A stretch of DNA of 64,000 nt from Candidatus Magasanikiibacteriota bacterium (GCA_014729395.1 WJJZ01000002.1:64673-128672), one strand, 5' to 3'; positions 50,841 through 60,704 are shown, counted from the first letter of the stretch. A program made the numbers and translations. Notes: a model not told the origin generated them from the letters alone.

Positions 50841-51314
50841 ATGAAAATTATCAAAATATCTCTGATTGTTGTTATCGTGGTTTTAGGACTGTTTATATCA
50901 TATCGCTCCATTCGCGGCAGTACTGAAAGCGGGGAAGAATTAAGCCGAGCTGCCGGAACCGTTATGGTATATAAGTCGCCGGACTGCGGATGTTGTGTCA
51001 ATCATATAGCCTACTTACGCAGACATGGTTTTGAAGTGGGAGTTGTGGAAATGAATAATATGCCATCTGTCAAGAAAAAATTCGGAGTAACTAGAGAATT
51101 GGAAAGTTGTCATACTTCCGTTTTTGGTGATTATGTAGTTGAAGGGCATGTACCGATAGAGGCAATAAATAAATTATTAACAGAACAACCGGATATAAGC
51201 GGTATTGCCTTGCCGGAAATGCCGCCCGGTTCTCCGGGTATGCCGGGAATAAAAAGAGCTCCTTTTGTTATATACACTTTGGGTAAGGAAAAAGATGAAT
51301 TTATTAAGATTTAA
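50841..51314 (+). CDS. DUF411 (CopG-like) metal-binding protein
   Basis: It has the YKSPDCGCC motif characteristic of DUF411/CopG-family copper-associated proteins, plus an N-terminal transmembrane helix. Confidence 0.5.
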   Translation: MKIIKISLIVVIVVLGLFISYRSIRGSTESGEELSRAAGTVMVYKSPDCGCCVNHIAYLRRHGFEVGVVEMNNMPSVKKKFGVTRELESCHTSVFGDYVVEGHVPIEAINKLLTEQPDISGIALPEMPPGSPGMPGIKRAPFVIYTLGKEKDEFIKI

Positions 51315-51320
51315 AAAAAT

Positions 51321-51803
51321 ATGAAATTCGATACTAATAATATTTTGACTATTATCGCTTTGGTGGTGGCTGTTTTATCATTTGTCATGATTACACAGAG
51401 CCTGCTTGTAAACACTTATCACGCAATGCTTGATAATCAAAGCAAAAATGAAGTGGCTCTTTTGGAACACACCGGCCAATTCAGTGAAGCAAAAGAAGGG
51501 ATTATTTCCAAACTGATTGTTCAAGGAGATTACGCCTGTTGCTTGGAAAAGCCTTGTACATATTGTATTGAAAAAACTCCAAAGCATGGAGAGGGACCTA
51601 CCTGCAGCTGCCTTGACGATGTAATGAACGGCAGACATCCTTGCGGTGAGTGTATCGGTGAGATTTTGGAGGGTCATGGAAATAAATACATATCAAGATA
51701 TTTTGCCACGTCTATAGCTGAGGAGGTCGGTATGAAACACATCGGAACTATTAGAGAAATAATTGAATCAAAGTATGGAATACCGGTTGAAGAGCAAGAA
51801 TAA
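51321..51803 (+). CDS. Membrane-anchored Cys-rich protein (8+ Cys in CC/CxxC/CxC arrangements), unknown
   Basis: It has CCLEKPCTYC...CSCLDD...PCGEC; possibly metal-binding. Confidence 0.35.
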   Translation: MKFDTNNILTIIALVVAVLSFVMITQSLLVNTYHAMLDNQSKNEVALLEHTGQFSEAKEGIISKLIVQGDYACCLEKPCTYCIEKTPKHGEGPTCSCLDDVMNGRHPCGECIGEILEGHGNKYISRYFATSIAEEVGMKHIGTIREIIESKYGIPVEEQE

Positions 51804-51842
51804 TAAAGATAAGTAGTTTGGCGTGCATTCTTTGGTATATAA

Positions 51843-51877
51843 TAACCACCGGACTTGCAATCGGTGGTTATTTTTTT
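51843..51877. terminator. Bidirectional terminator AACCACCG-(10 nt)-CGGTGGTT flanked by A- and T-runs
   Basis: Lies between convergent genes. Confidence 0.6.
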
Positions 51878-51905
51878 GAACTTATTTTTTACTAGAAGAG
51901 TAGCA

Positions 51906-52106
51906 TTATTTTTTCTTTGTATTTATTCCCAGCAATTTATATAGTCCACAATATCCCGTAAGAGCTGTAAGAAGAAGAATGGCAGCCACAATATATAATA
52001 TAACTTGGCTGATTCCGCTAAGTGTGAAAAAGGCAACCAATAAGAATATTATTCCAGCGATTGCGCGAATTACTCTGTCTGCTTTACCTTCGTTTGGTTT
52101 GAACAT
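51906..52106 (-). CDS. DUF2892 (YgaP-like) small membrane protein
   Basis: 66 aa, two transmembrane helices, with TALTGYCGLYKLLGINT. Confidence 0.45.
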   Translation of the reverse strand: MFKPNEGKADRVIRAIAGIIFLLVAFFTLSGISQVILYIVAAILLLTALTGYCGLYKLLGINTKKK

Positions 52107-52244
52107 AAATTTATAATTAATATTATATATTATATGTCAATTTTCAATTTGGAACAAATTGCAAGTAATAAAATTTTTTAGTTTTTATTCTTGGGACATG
52201 CATGATTTTAGTGTATACTATTAACAAAACATGATAATTTTTTT

Positions 52245-52478
52245 ATGAATAATATTTTGAGCGAGGCATCAAAAAAAGCCTTTATTACAAGTACACTGGA
52301 AAAGTACCCCAATATTTTGGATGACTTTAAAAGAAAATTGAATGAAGATAATATGGGGGATTATGCTGATTTTGACATGGATAATTTTTCCGAGACACAG
52401 GTAGGTTCAATGTATGATAAATTAAAAGATTTACTGGAAGAAAAAGGCATTGAAGTTGCCGATAAAGGAATATCATAA
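52245..52478 (+). CDS. Hypothetical acidic small protein
   Basis: 77 aa. TTGGGA-17-TATACT promoter at 52190-52218. Confidence 0.25.
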   Translation: MNNILSEASKKAFITSTLEKYPNILDDFKRKLNEDNMGDYADFDMDNFSETQVGSMYDKLKDLLEEKGIEVADKGIS

Positions 52479-52493
52479 TTTAATAATTTTTAT

Positions 52494-53435
52494 ATGAGTA
52501 AAAAAATAGTGAATATAATAATTTTAACAATTATCAGTGGTCTGCTTTGGTATATAGATTTTTTATATCCAAATGATCTTATTCGGAGAATTCTTTTAAC
52601 ATCGGTATATTTTTTATTATTATATTTTTTATTTACTTTCTTTTTGACCGGTTTTGTCAGCAAAAGAATAAAAGACTACAAATTGCGTTATTCTTTTAAA
52701 AAAATTGCCAATATTTTATTCTTTATTACCATAACAGCCGTAGTCATCAGGATTTGGATTGAAGACCCACAGACATTATTGGTTTCCTATGGCTTGATTG
52801 CCGCCGGTGTGGCCATTGCATTACAGGATTTTTTCAAAAATTTTATTGGCGGCGTGCTAATAATCGTCAATAGTTTGTTCAAAGTGGGTGATAGAATAGA
52901 GATAAAAGGAAAATATGGCGATGTGATTGACATTGGCATACTCTATACCACATTATTGGAAATAAAGGGTTGGGTTGATGGTGACCAAGCAACCGGTAGG
53001 GTAACGAGAATTCCAAACGGAGCAGTACTGACAGAGAATATAAATAATTATACAGAAGACCATGGTTTTATATGGGATGAGATTTTTATTCCGGTCACAT
53101 ATGAGAGTAATTGGCAGGACGCTATTAAAAAAGTATTGGCAATCGTCAAGAAAGAAACAAAAAGTACATTGGATTTGGCAAAAAAGGATTTTAAAAAATT
53201 ACGCCGAAAATATTTTGTTGGTGAAAAAGTGATCGAGCCTATTATATTCGTTAAAATGACTGATAATTGGATTGAATTGCATGTTCGCTACATCACAGAG
53301 GTGAAACAAAGGAGGAATATGCACAATGTTCTGAGTCAGAAAATATTAAAAAAATTGTCTTCTGAAAAAAATATTTCAGTCGCATCGGCGACTTTGGGTA
53401 TTGTGGATATACCGCCAATAAAATTAAAAAAATAA
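52494..53435 (+). CDS. Small-conductance mechanosensitive channel (MscS family)
   Basis: Three transmembrane helices, then FKVGDRIEIKGKYGDVIDIGILYTTLLEIKG...TRIPNG. Confidence 0.8.
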   Translation: MSKKIVNIIILTIISGLLWYIDFLYPNDLIRRILLTSVYFLLLYFLFTFFLTGFVSKRIKDYKLRYSFKKIANILFFITITAVVIRIWIEDPQTLLVSYGLIAAGVAIALQDFFKNFIGGVLIIVNSLFKVGDRIEIKGKYGDVIDIGILYTTLLEIKGWVDGDQATGRVTRIPNGAVLTENINNYTEDHGFIWDEIFIPVTYESNWQDAIKKVLAIVKKETKSTLDLAKKDFKKLRRKYFVGEKVIEPIIFVKMTDNWIELHVRYITEVKQRRNMHNVLSQKILKKLSSEKNISVASATLGIVDIPPIKLKK

Positions 53436-53447
53436 ACTATTGATTAT

Positions 53448-53918
53448 ATGAATTATAAGCGTTTACTGATCAGTTTGGTTTTACCGCAATTGGCCGGTTT
53501 GCTCGGTTCTTTTTTTACGGCCTCTTCCATACCAAGCTGGTACACAACAATTGAAAAGCCCTTTTTTACTCCGCCAAACTGGCTTTTTGGGCCTGTATGG
53601 ATTAGTTTATATATTTTGATGGGTATAAGCGTTTATTTAATTTGGCAAAAGGCGGAAAAAAACAAGAAAGCAAAAAAGCTGGTTTGGTTATTTTGGGTAC
53701 ATCTAATATTTAATGCGACTTGGTCGATAGTTTTTTTCGGATTGCAAAATATAGGTTTGGCTTTTCTAAATATAATTATTATTTGGATTCTTATACTTGT
53801 TTTGATGTGGAAGTTCGAGAAAATAAACAAAGTATCAGCTTGGCTTTTGGTCCCTTATATGTTGTGGGTTAGTTATGCGACGGTTCTAAATTTGGCCATC
53901 TGGTTTTTAAATAAATAG
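53448..53918 (+). CDS. tspO: TspO/MBR family tryptophan-rich sensory protein
   Basis: Five transmembrane helices with a W-rich pattern (PSWYTTIEKPFFTPPNWLFGPVW). Confidence 0.8.
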   Translation: MNYKRLLISLVLPQLAGLLGSFFTASSIPSWYTTIEKPFFTPPNWLFGPVWISLYILMGISVYLIWQKAEKNKKAKKLVWLFWVHLIFNATWSIVFFGLQNIGLAFLNIIIIWILILVLMWKFEKINKVSAWLLVPYMLWVSYATVLNLAIWFLNK

Positions 53919-53919
53919 T

Positions 53920-54858
53920 ATGGCGCATGCAGAAGCAAGAAATTTCGAAAGACAAGAACCCTCACCGGAAGAGCTTGATGATTTGATTGATGAGGTAGAA
54001 GATATGATTGACGCTATACCGCTTCAAATAAGAGATATTTGGCAGAAAAAATTTGATGATTTGATTGACAACGATGTGGAAGATTTTAAAACTTGGTTGG
54101 AATTCAAAGATAATATTGGTGGCTTGAGAGATAAACGAAATTCGGCGGTTGATAAGCTGCAAGCTGATTTTTTTATCGATGAAATAGATAGATACAGAGA
54201 ATTATTTGTTTCAGAGCTGCCTTTTTACGAACAAAGAGAGGAATGCTCTTTTTTAGTAGAATTGTTGGAAGACAAACAAAATAAAATTATTGGTGCGGGA
54301 CAAGTGGCCGAAGTATTTGCAAATTCAGATCACTTGAATTCATGTTTTAAGGTTGTAAAAGATTGGAGAAAATATAGAGAAGGAAATAATTTGTTAAAAG
54401 AAGCTTATTTACAGCTGAGAATGTCAAAGTTCAACAGTGAATTAATAGCAAAAGTGCCTGAGGTCCAATATTGCGCAGCATTGGATGATTTTAGAGTAAT
54501 AGCTATGGATAGAGTGGATGGCGCCAGTCTGAGTGAATTAATGTTAGATATAAAGAGAGTTCCTGACAATTTTGAATTTGATGTTTTTTTTCGAGAAATT
54601 CAAAATACTGTCGATAAAATGCATTCTTTAAATATTCATCATCGAGATTTACACGCCGGTAATATAATGATGGATTATGAAACCGGATTACCATACATAA
54701 TTGACTTTGGCTTGGCTGTGGAGGCCGGTCCATTATTTGATGAAGATGAAATATATAAACAAAGATTGGCGGATGGTTCGGTGCTTAGATTTAATTATGA
54801 TAATCTACAGTTGCAAGAAGTAAAAAGTAGATTCAAGTCTGCTCTCGCCGGTACTTGA
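53920..54858 (+). CDS. Protein kinase-like fold protein (eukaryotic-type or aminoglycoside phosphotransferase-like)
   Basis: Catalytic loop HRDLHAGNIM and DFGLA (DFG) motif. Confidence 0.55.
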   Translation: MAHAEARNFERQEPSPEELDDLIDEVEDMIDAIPLQIRDIWQKKFDDLIDNDVEDFKTWLEFKDNIGGLRDKRNSAVDKLQADFFIDEIDRYRELFVSELPFYEQREECSFLVELLEDKQNKIIGAGQVAEVFANSDHLNSCFKVVKDWRKYREGNNLLKEAYLQLRMSKFNSELIAKVPEVQYCAALDDFRVIAMDRVDGASLSELMLDIKRVPDNFEFDVFFREIQNTVDKMHSLNIHHRDLHAGNIMMDYETGLPYIIDFGLAVEAGPLFDEDEIYKQRLADGSVLRFNYDNLQLQEVKSRFKSALAGT

Positions 54859-54873
54859 CAAATAAAAAAAAGT

Positions 54874-55128
54874 ATGAAAGAATTAAATATCGATCAATAT
54901 AAACAAAAGGAGGTAAAAGAAGTGATAGCGATATCTGATACAATGCTTCAAAGTATGACCAAAACCGCACGGAGGATGGATCCAAAAGAAAGTATGAGAG
55001 AGTTATCTGATAAAAGGGGGTTTTATGTTTTACGTCAAAAAGATGATCGTTTCATTCATCTCCATAAAATGGAGCTGAATGGAGAATCTTTCTGGCTTGG
55101 CCAGATTAAACTCCATGTAAAATTATAA
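54874..55128 (+). CDS. Hypothetical protein
   Basis: 84 aa. Confidence 0.25.
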   Translation: MKELNIDQYKQKEVKEVIAISDTMLQSMTKTARRMDPKESMRELSDKRGFYVLRQKDDRFIHLHKMELNGESFWLGQIKLHVKL

Positions 55129-55217
55129 AAATATACTCGCAACATTTGCGGGTTTTATTTTTTTTATTTATAATTAAACAAAGGTCATTTTATAATAAAT
55201 TTATTAAAAATAATACT

Positions 55218-55748
55218 ATGTTTAGAAAAAAAGCATTCATGGGAGCTTTGCTTGTTTTCTTTATAGCCACTCCTGTTTTTGCACAAAACCAGGTGGCTGA
55301 AAAAAGACAGTTAAAAACCAAAAAAGCCATTGAGCACCGCAGCGAGGTGGCAAATTTTGTCCAAAATTTATTGGATGTTTCCGAGAGACAGGAATTGGGG
55401 GGGTTGGGTGAACAAGTTAGAGAAATAGCGCGTGAGCAACAAAGTAGATCTGAAGAAATAGTTTTACCGATGTTGGAAAGAGTTGAGAATAGAAGTTGGT
55501 TGAGGAAATTTGTTTTTGGTCCCGACTATGATGCTCTAAAAAGAATAAGGATGGAAATGAAAGAGACAAGGCAGAGAATGAATGAATTATCCCATATTCG
55601 TTCACAGTTACATTCTGATGAAATTAGTTCTCAAATTGAAGAGAATATTGCAAGTATGGATGAATTGGTGGGTGAGGTTATAAATAAAGTAGAAGAAGAG
55701 GAGGGTAGATTTAGCTTATTTGGTTGGTTCAAGAGGTTCAATCAATAA
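55218..55748 (+). CDS. Secreted coiled-coil protein (signal peptide; start moved to the internal ATG)
   Basis: MFRKKAFMGALLVFFIATPVFAQ signal sequence, then a charged helical region. Confidence 0.35.
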   Translation: MFRKKAFMGALLVFFIATPVFAQNQVAEKRQLKTKKAIEHRSEVANFVQNLLDVSERQELGGLGEQVREIAREQQSRSEEIVLPMLERVENRSWLRKFVFGPDYDALKRIRMEMKETRQRMNELSHIRSQLHSDEISSQIEENIASMDELVGEVINKVEEEEGRFSLFGWFKRFNQ

Positions 55749-55776
55749 TAAACTCTTGAATTAGTTCTATAATTTT

Positions 55777-56292
55777 ATGCCCGGAAGGCGCAAAAAAAGT
55801 GTTGTAGTAAACGACAAGATGCAAAAAAAATATAGTTATGAACTGACAGAACCGATAGGTAAAAATTTTTCTCCGGACTTCAAGCCGGAACTGACTCCAA
55901 AAGAAATGCTTGAGTTGGGAATTTTTTGCGGGCGTTATATGCGCGATTGCAAAAAGGAATTTCCCAAAACTTGGTTTAAGAATGCCAAGTTTGCCAAAGA
56001 AAAAAAGAACTGTGACCTGAATTATTTCCGTGTTAAGGCCAGTATGCCTTTGTCGTATTGGCAAGAAAAAGATTGGATTCATCCGGATGATCCGCGTGGC
56101 TGGTTTCAATGGTATTGCCGTTATTATATGGGTCGGCGCCATGAGGATGATGAAAGACAGATAAAACGTTGGAAAGCGATGAAGCGTCATGTTGGGCAGA
56201 TAAAAAAGAATTGTGAAAAGGGCGATATGAACTGCCGTCGTCGGCAGCGACAGGCTTTGCTTCACTGGGCTTATGATAGTAGGAAGATATAA
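55777..56292 (+). CDS. Hypothetical basic Trp/Cys-rich protein, GC above background
   Basis: 171 aa with conserved-looking W and C spacing (WFQWYCRYYMGRR). Family not recognised. Confidence 0.3.
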   Translation: MPGRRKKSVVVNDKMQKKYSYELTEPIGKNFSPDFKPELTPKEMLELGIFCGRYMRDCKKEFPKTWFKNAKFAKEKKNCDLNYFRVKASMPLSYWQEKDWIHPDDPRGWFQWYCRYYMGRRHEDDERQIKRWKAMKRHVGQIKKNCEKGDMNCRRRQRQALLHWAYDSRKI

Positions 56293-56387
56293 ACTTATAA
56301 TTAATAAAAAACACGGCATTGGCGGTGTTTTTTCTTTGCCCAAAAAACCACCGGCTGTGTGCCGGTAGTCATTATTTTTGTTTAATT

Positions 56388-59051
56388 TTATTTTTTCTTG
56401 CCTCGTATTTTTCTTACGATAAATTTCAATAATCTCCAAACAGCGTAGATAACCGCTCCCATTATACCCAAACCGATAATCCAGTCCCAGGCACTCAATT
56501 CATTGCCATAATTCGGGTCATCAAGACCCAATTCTTCCACTCTAATTTTATTGGCATCATAGCTGGTTTGTGCCATTTGTTTTTCTTGGGCGATGCGATC
56601 ATTTAAAGCAATTAGGTCGGTGTTCTCCGGTTCAATTTGAACCAAGAGATTTGTCAGTTCAGCAAGGCTTGAATAAAATTCCACGTCGGTTTGGGCTTCA
56701 ACATATTGGACAGCGTGTTCAAAATCTTCAGAACCCGGGTCAATATCGCTAATATATAAATTTTGTAATATATCCACTTCTTCACCGGCAAACGTCACTT
56801 CTGCAAAAGGTCTGTATGAAGGGTCTTGGGGCGCTAACGCAACCGGAATTATCATTTTGACATGCTTGTACATCATATCTTGATTGCGGGTGTAGGCTCT
56901 TATCCAAGTTGCCAGTTGTACATTGTTGATTACCCCACTTCTAATGCCTTTATAAACCGTTTCCATCCAGTCAACGATTTCTCCGGCTGTGGCCGGGTAA
57001 AGAATTTTGGCAGCCTTGCCGGCAATATTAAAGCCAAGCTCTGTCCATTGTTTTACCATGGTGGCATTGTATTCCAAGTCATGTTTTTGTAGATACCAGT
57101 CTGAAAATTCTATATAAGAATTCCGTGCACCCTCCAGATACCCGTCGCCATATTCATTAAAGCTATTGTTGTTTATGGTACCTTCGAGAGAAGTTAATAG
57201 ATCATCGGCCATTTCTTGATTCAAGTCCTGTAGTTCGTCAGCCACAAATGTTTTTATACTGGCTGCATCGCCACTTTTGTTTATACCATACTGCAAAGCC
57301 CCGTCAATCGCTTCTTTTAAAGTCCTATCAAGCCAATTTGGACTAAATTTGTTGGTTCCGATTGTTGCTCTCACTGCAGCTACGCGGATGTTATTAATAA
57401 ATGAACGAATGACGCCGTGTTGGCCCTTTTCATAGACTTCGGATAATTTGTTAGCTAAATCAAATTTAAAAGTTTGGGAGACTTTGTCAGAGATTTCAAT
57501 ATTTAGTCCACCGCTTTTTTTATTTAGCCAATCTTTGATTGGGTTTTTAAAGCTATCAAAGACAGACAATAGGTCCGCCAAATCCCAGACTGCGTTACCC
57601 ATTGCTTCAGCCAAAGCATCTGATGAATCTTTGCCCAAACTAAGGCCCTGCTTTATATAAAATAAAACATATTTGCTTTGTTTTATGCCGGCTACGGCTT
57701 TTTTGCTTTTTTCTTCACTGCCTTGTTTGGCCAGATAGCTGCCAAAGTTATAAACAAATTCTTTTATATTTGGGTTTACCAGGGCATAATTTGCAATGAT
57801 GTCCGTGTACTGTTCTTGGGCGTCGGCCATATGCTTTTTTACTTCGGGAGTCAACTCCAGCACCACTTCAACCGGGGGAAGTTCTGCCCCCAGCTCTTCC
57901 ATTTCTGTTGGCGCTTCAAGATTGGCTTTCCCATCTTTGTTGGTACGGGCGGAAAAATATTCTTCATAATCAATCGCCGCATCGTTTACCGGAATTTTAT
58001 TTCCACTTTGGTCAAGTGTGTATATGTTTATTTGCGCCTTGTCTCCGGCAAAATAGACTTTGACTTCTTGGCCTGTAAAACCGATTTTACTTACTTTTAC
58101 CATTACCGCTTCCGTATTTACCAGGTTGATGTCAAAGGTTTTATATAATTCCTGATCAAGTTTTTTACTGTAATAAAACATGTACAATACATCTTTACCC
58201 GATTGAATATCTGTTTCGCTCAAATCAGCGGTTTGGTAAGTAACCGTGTATTCACCGGGGTCACCCTCGACATTTGTAATGGTTCCGGGCTTTCCGGTTG
58301 TAGAATATTTAATTTCAAAACGCAGTTCTGCGGGTGATTCGGTATCAGCATATATGGCGTTAATTTTAAATTTACCCGTGGTTTCGCCATCAGCCATGTA
58401 TGGCATTTTTGAACCTTCGGTTATTTCTTCTATGTTTAAAACTAATTCAGGTATTTCTTCACATACATATTCATCGTCTTCATTTGTTTTTAATTCATAT
58501 CCGGGTACGCAAGCACAATCATTTTCTTCCGTGCTAAAGAAAATATTTGGGTCTTCACCACACATAGATTCACAAGTTTTTTCACTCGTCATTTCAAAGC
58601 CGGCCGGGCAAAAACATTGTCCGGTTTCTCTATTATAATCTATATTTGGGTCATCCGAACAAAGGTCGTTTATGTGTTTACATTCATTCCCTACCGGATA
58701 ATGCGGTTCATAGCAGTGCAAACATCCGATTGCGCCGTTTTTATTAACCCACAATCCACCGTTTCTTTGGCAAGTATTTTGTACAGATGTACGGTTGCTA
58801 TTTACCCATTTTGTATAACCCGATTGCACAATATTATTGGCACTACCCGAATCCATACCGATAGAGTCACAATATTGACCATGAAAAGCACACTTGCAAT
58901 ACTTAAAGTCTATTCCTACACCACAGTAAGAATTTTTTATACTGGGTTCGGTATAAGGAAAAAATTCTTCACTGGCTTTAGCTGTATTGTTGGGTATTAA
59001 AAAAAGAGCAAGCATGCATGCCCCGACGAAAAAAATTTTTTTCATATGCAT
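56388..59051 (-). CDS. Large secreted Cys-rich surface protein with EGF-like repeats and a C-terminal transmembrane anchor
   Basis: Signal peptide, then N-terminal Cys-dense repeats (CxC...C patterns), a long alpha-rich region, and a C-terminal transmembrane helix followed by RKIRGKKK. Confidence 0.5.
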   Translation of the reverse strand: MHMKKIFFVGACMLALFLIPNNTAKASEEFFPYTEPSIKNSYCGVGIDFKYCKCAFHGQYCDSIGMDSGSANNIVQSGYTKWVNSNRTSVQNTCQRNGGLWVNKNGAIGCLHCYEPHYPVGNECKHINDLCSDDPNIDYNRETGQCFCPAGFEMTSEKTCESMCGEDPNIFFSTEENDCACVPGYELKTNEDDEYVCEEIPELVLNIEEITEGSKMPYMADGETTGKFKINAIYADTESPAELRFEIKYSTTGKPGTITNVEGDPGEYTVTYQTADLSETDIQSGKDVLYMFYYSKKLDQELYKTFDINLVNTEAVMVKVSKIGFTGQEVKVYFAGDKAQINIYTLDQSGNKIPVNDAAIDYEEYFSARTNKDGKANLEAPTEMEELGAELPPVEVVLELTPEVKKHMADAQEQYTDIIANYALVNPNIKEFVYNFGSYLAKQGSEEKSKKAVAGIKQSKYVLFYIKQGLSLGKDSSDALAEAMGNAVWDLADLLSVFDSFKNPIKDWLNKKSGGLNIEISDKVSQTFKFDLANKLSEVYEKGQHGVIRSFINNIRVAAVRATIGTNKFSPNWLDRTLKEAIDGALQYGINKSGDAASIKTFVADELQDLNQEMADDLLTSLEGTINNNSFNEYGDGYLEGARNSYIEFSDWYLQKHDLEYNATMVKQWTELGFNIAGKAAKILYPATAGEIVDWMETVYKGIRSGVINNVQLATWIRAYTRNQDMMYKHVKMIIPVALAPQDPSYRPFAEVTFAGEEVDILQNLYISDIDPGSEDFEHAVQYVEAQTDVEFYSSLAELTNLLVQIEPENTDLIALNDRIAQEKQMAQTSYDANKIRVEELGLDDPNYGNELSAWDWIIGLGIMGAVIYAVWRLLKFIVRKIRGKKK

Positions 59052-59171
59052 TTAAAAAAGTATAAAAATTCATCTACATTATAGCATAATTTTAATATTT
59101 TTGTAATAAAAAAGAGCACCCTTTGCAAAAGAGTGCTCTTGGTGTTTAGCCGGATAACCTCTTGAGCGAGG

Positions 59172-60563
59172 TTAGTCGGCATTGTTTTGGTCATTGTGAA
59201 TCTGCCAGCGTCTTTTGCGGCAGAAGCTCAGGCCGTACTGCCAGAGCTGGCAGTTCCCATTGGGGCAACCCTTTTCCCGGCAGGGATCGGGTTTGAGTCC
59301 AAGGCGGATCAGGCGAACCAACCGCTCCAAGTTGATCCGGGTGGGCTCTACCCCCGGATGGGAAAGAGAGCCATTGAGGATCCAGCCCGGTCTATTTTCA
59401 AAATACCAGTTTGGAACCTCTTCGATGCTGCCCTCTTGTCGGATGTAATCCCAGTCAGGTGTTTCTCCGAGAGAGCCGCCCTTGCAGGACATCTCTTCAA
59501 CTCTCAGGATGGCCATTATGTCGCGAAGATCTACTCTATTCTTTCGATTAGTGTAGATCTGGACATTTCCGGTGGAATTTTGCTGAACGATTAGGCCGGC
59601 TCGATGCCTCCACCTGGCGTAGGCGTTTACTGCTTGCAGATCGCTCTGCACTACCAGCGCCTTAATTCTGCCAATTTTGGAATCGAAATTATACCAAGTA
59701 CCAAAATTTTTAATTTCAGTCTCGGCATGGTAATGGAAATCATATTGCTCCGCCATATAGGCGTTGAGATAAATTTCCATTTCCTCGACTACCTCGTCCG
59801 GTCTCGTCCGCCTGATCCACTCGACCATGGTCAGCAAGTCGAATGTGTCTTCTGATCTACTCGACAGACTTCCCATGTACTGAGCCAGAAGCCGGTACTC
59901 AGGACGAACTTTGGAAATCTCCAGAAGAGTCCCGATAAGGTCTTCAGGATTTCCTTGGCTACTGAGATCGATTTTTTCTGAATCAAGGTAGCCAAAGATG
60001 ATATCGTTCAGATCCGGTCCGGGTTGAACTGCTATGTTTTTCCCCAACATACAGTCCATGTAGTCGGCCAGGATGTCGTACACCCAGTCGACTACCTCCT
60101 TTGGATCTTTGTGGTTTCGCTGCGCCGTTTTAATGATGCTGGCGAAGGCAAACTTGTCCTTGTCGCCAAAGGCATCTGACTGTTGGGCGTACTCGATGAG
60201 GCGCTTAATTTCCGGGTAATGTGAAATTCCCAGAAATTCAGCCATCAGGCTGGCGGCGCACTTGCCGTTTCTACCGCCTTCCTTGTGCTCATCAAAACGT
60301 CCACCGCCGATCCCGATCAAGAGGTAGCCCTCCTTTTCGAGTTCGTCAGCTGTTTTGCCACCCGGTAGTAAGATACCGGTTCCCCAAAATTCGATCTTGG
60401 CATCGATGATCCCGTGAAAAATGTCGTAGCCGTAACACCCGGCCAAGAAAAAGGCCAGCAACTCGTCCAGATGAGGACGGACGTGCATGACCACCGTGTG
60501 TATATTGTTGAATTTTAATGGTTTTTTGCTTGTACTCCATGTTGGTACTGCCGACATATGCAC
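59172..60563 (-). CDS. Hypothetical protein with a possible MYG1/UPF0160-like N-terminal metal-hydrolase motif and a C-terminal Cys cluster; markedly GC-rich
   Basis: H..H.DE...GIGGGRFDEH pattern. ~50%+ GC against a low-GC background. C-terminal CREKGCPNGNC...C. Confidence 0.3.
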   Translation of the reverse strand: MHMSAVPTWSTSKKPLKFNNIHTVVMHVRPHLDELLAFFLAGCYGYDIFHGIIDAKIEFWGTGILLPGGKTADELEKEGYLLIGIGGGRFDEHKEGGRNGKCAASLMAEFLGISHYPEIKRLIEYAQQSDAFGDKDKFAFASIIKTAQRNHKDPKEVVDWVYDILADYMDCMLGKNIAVQPGPDLNDIIFGYLDSEKIDLSSQGNPEDLIGTLLEISKVRPEYRLLAQYMGSLSSRSEDTFDLLTMVEWIRRTRPDEVVEEMEIYLNAYMAEQYDFHYHAETEIKNFGTWYNFDSKIGRIKALVVQSDLQAVNAYARWRHRAGLIVQQNSTGNVQIYTNRKNRVDLRDIMAILRVEEMSCKGGSLGETPDWDYIRQEGSIEEVPNWYFENRPGWILNGSLSHPGVEPTRINLERLVRLIRLGLKPDPCREKGCPNGNCQLWQYGLSFCRKRRWQIHNDQNNAD

Positions 60564-60704
60564 CTCCTATACATGTTGGCTGTTTGTGTAAAAAGAACGC
60601 TAAACTATAGCAAATTTTGGCGGTTTTGTCAAGATGTCAGATTTTTTCTTATTTATTTATAAATTTAGCAAAATGTTGTATAATATAAGGGCTTTTAATA
60701 AAGT

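Noticed and set aside
55738-56439. 233-aa minus-strand ORF
   Set aside because: It fully overlaps plus-strand ORF 55777-56292 and the 3' end of 56388-59051. Its low-complexity hydrophobic translation shows no motif. The plus-strand ORF shows structured W/C spacing and has a promoter-proximal start.
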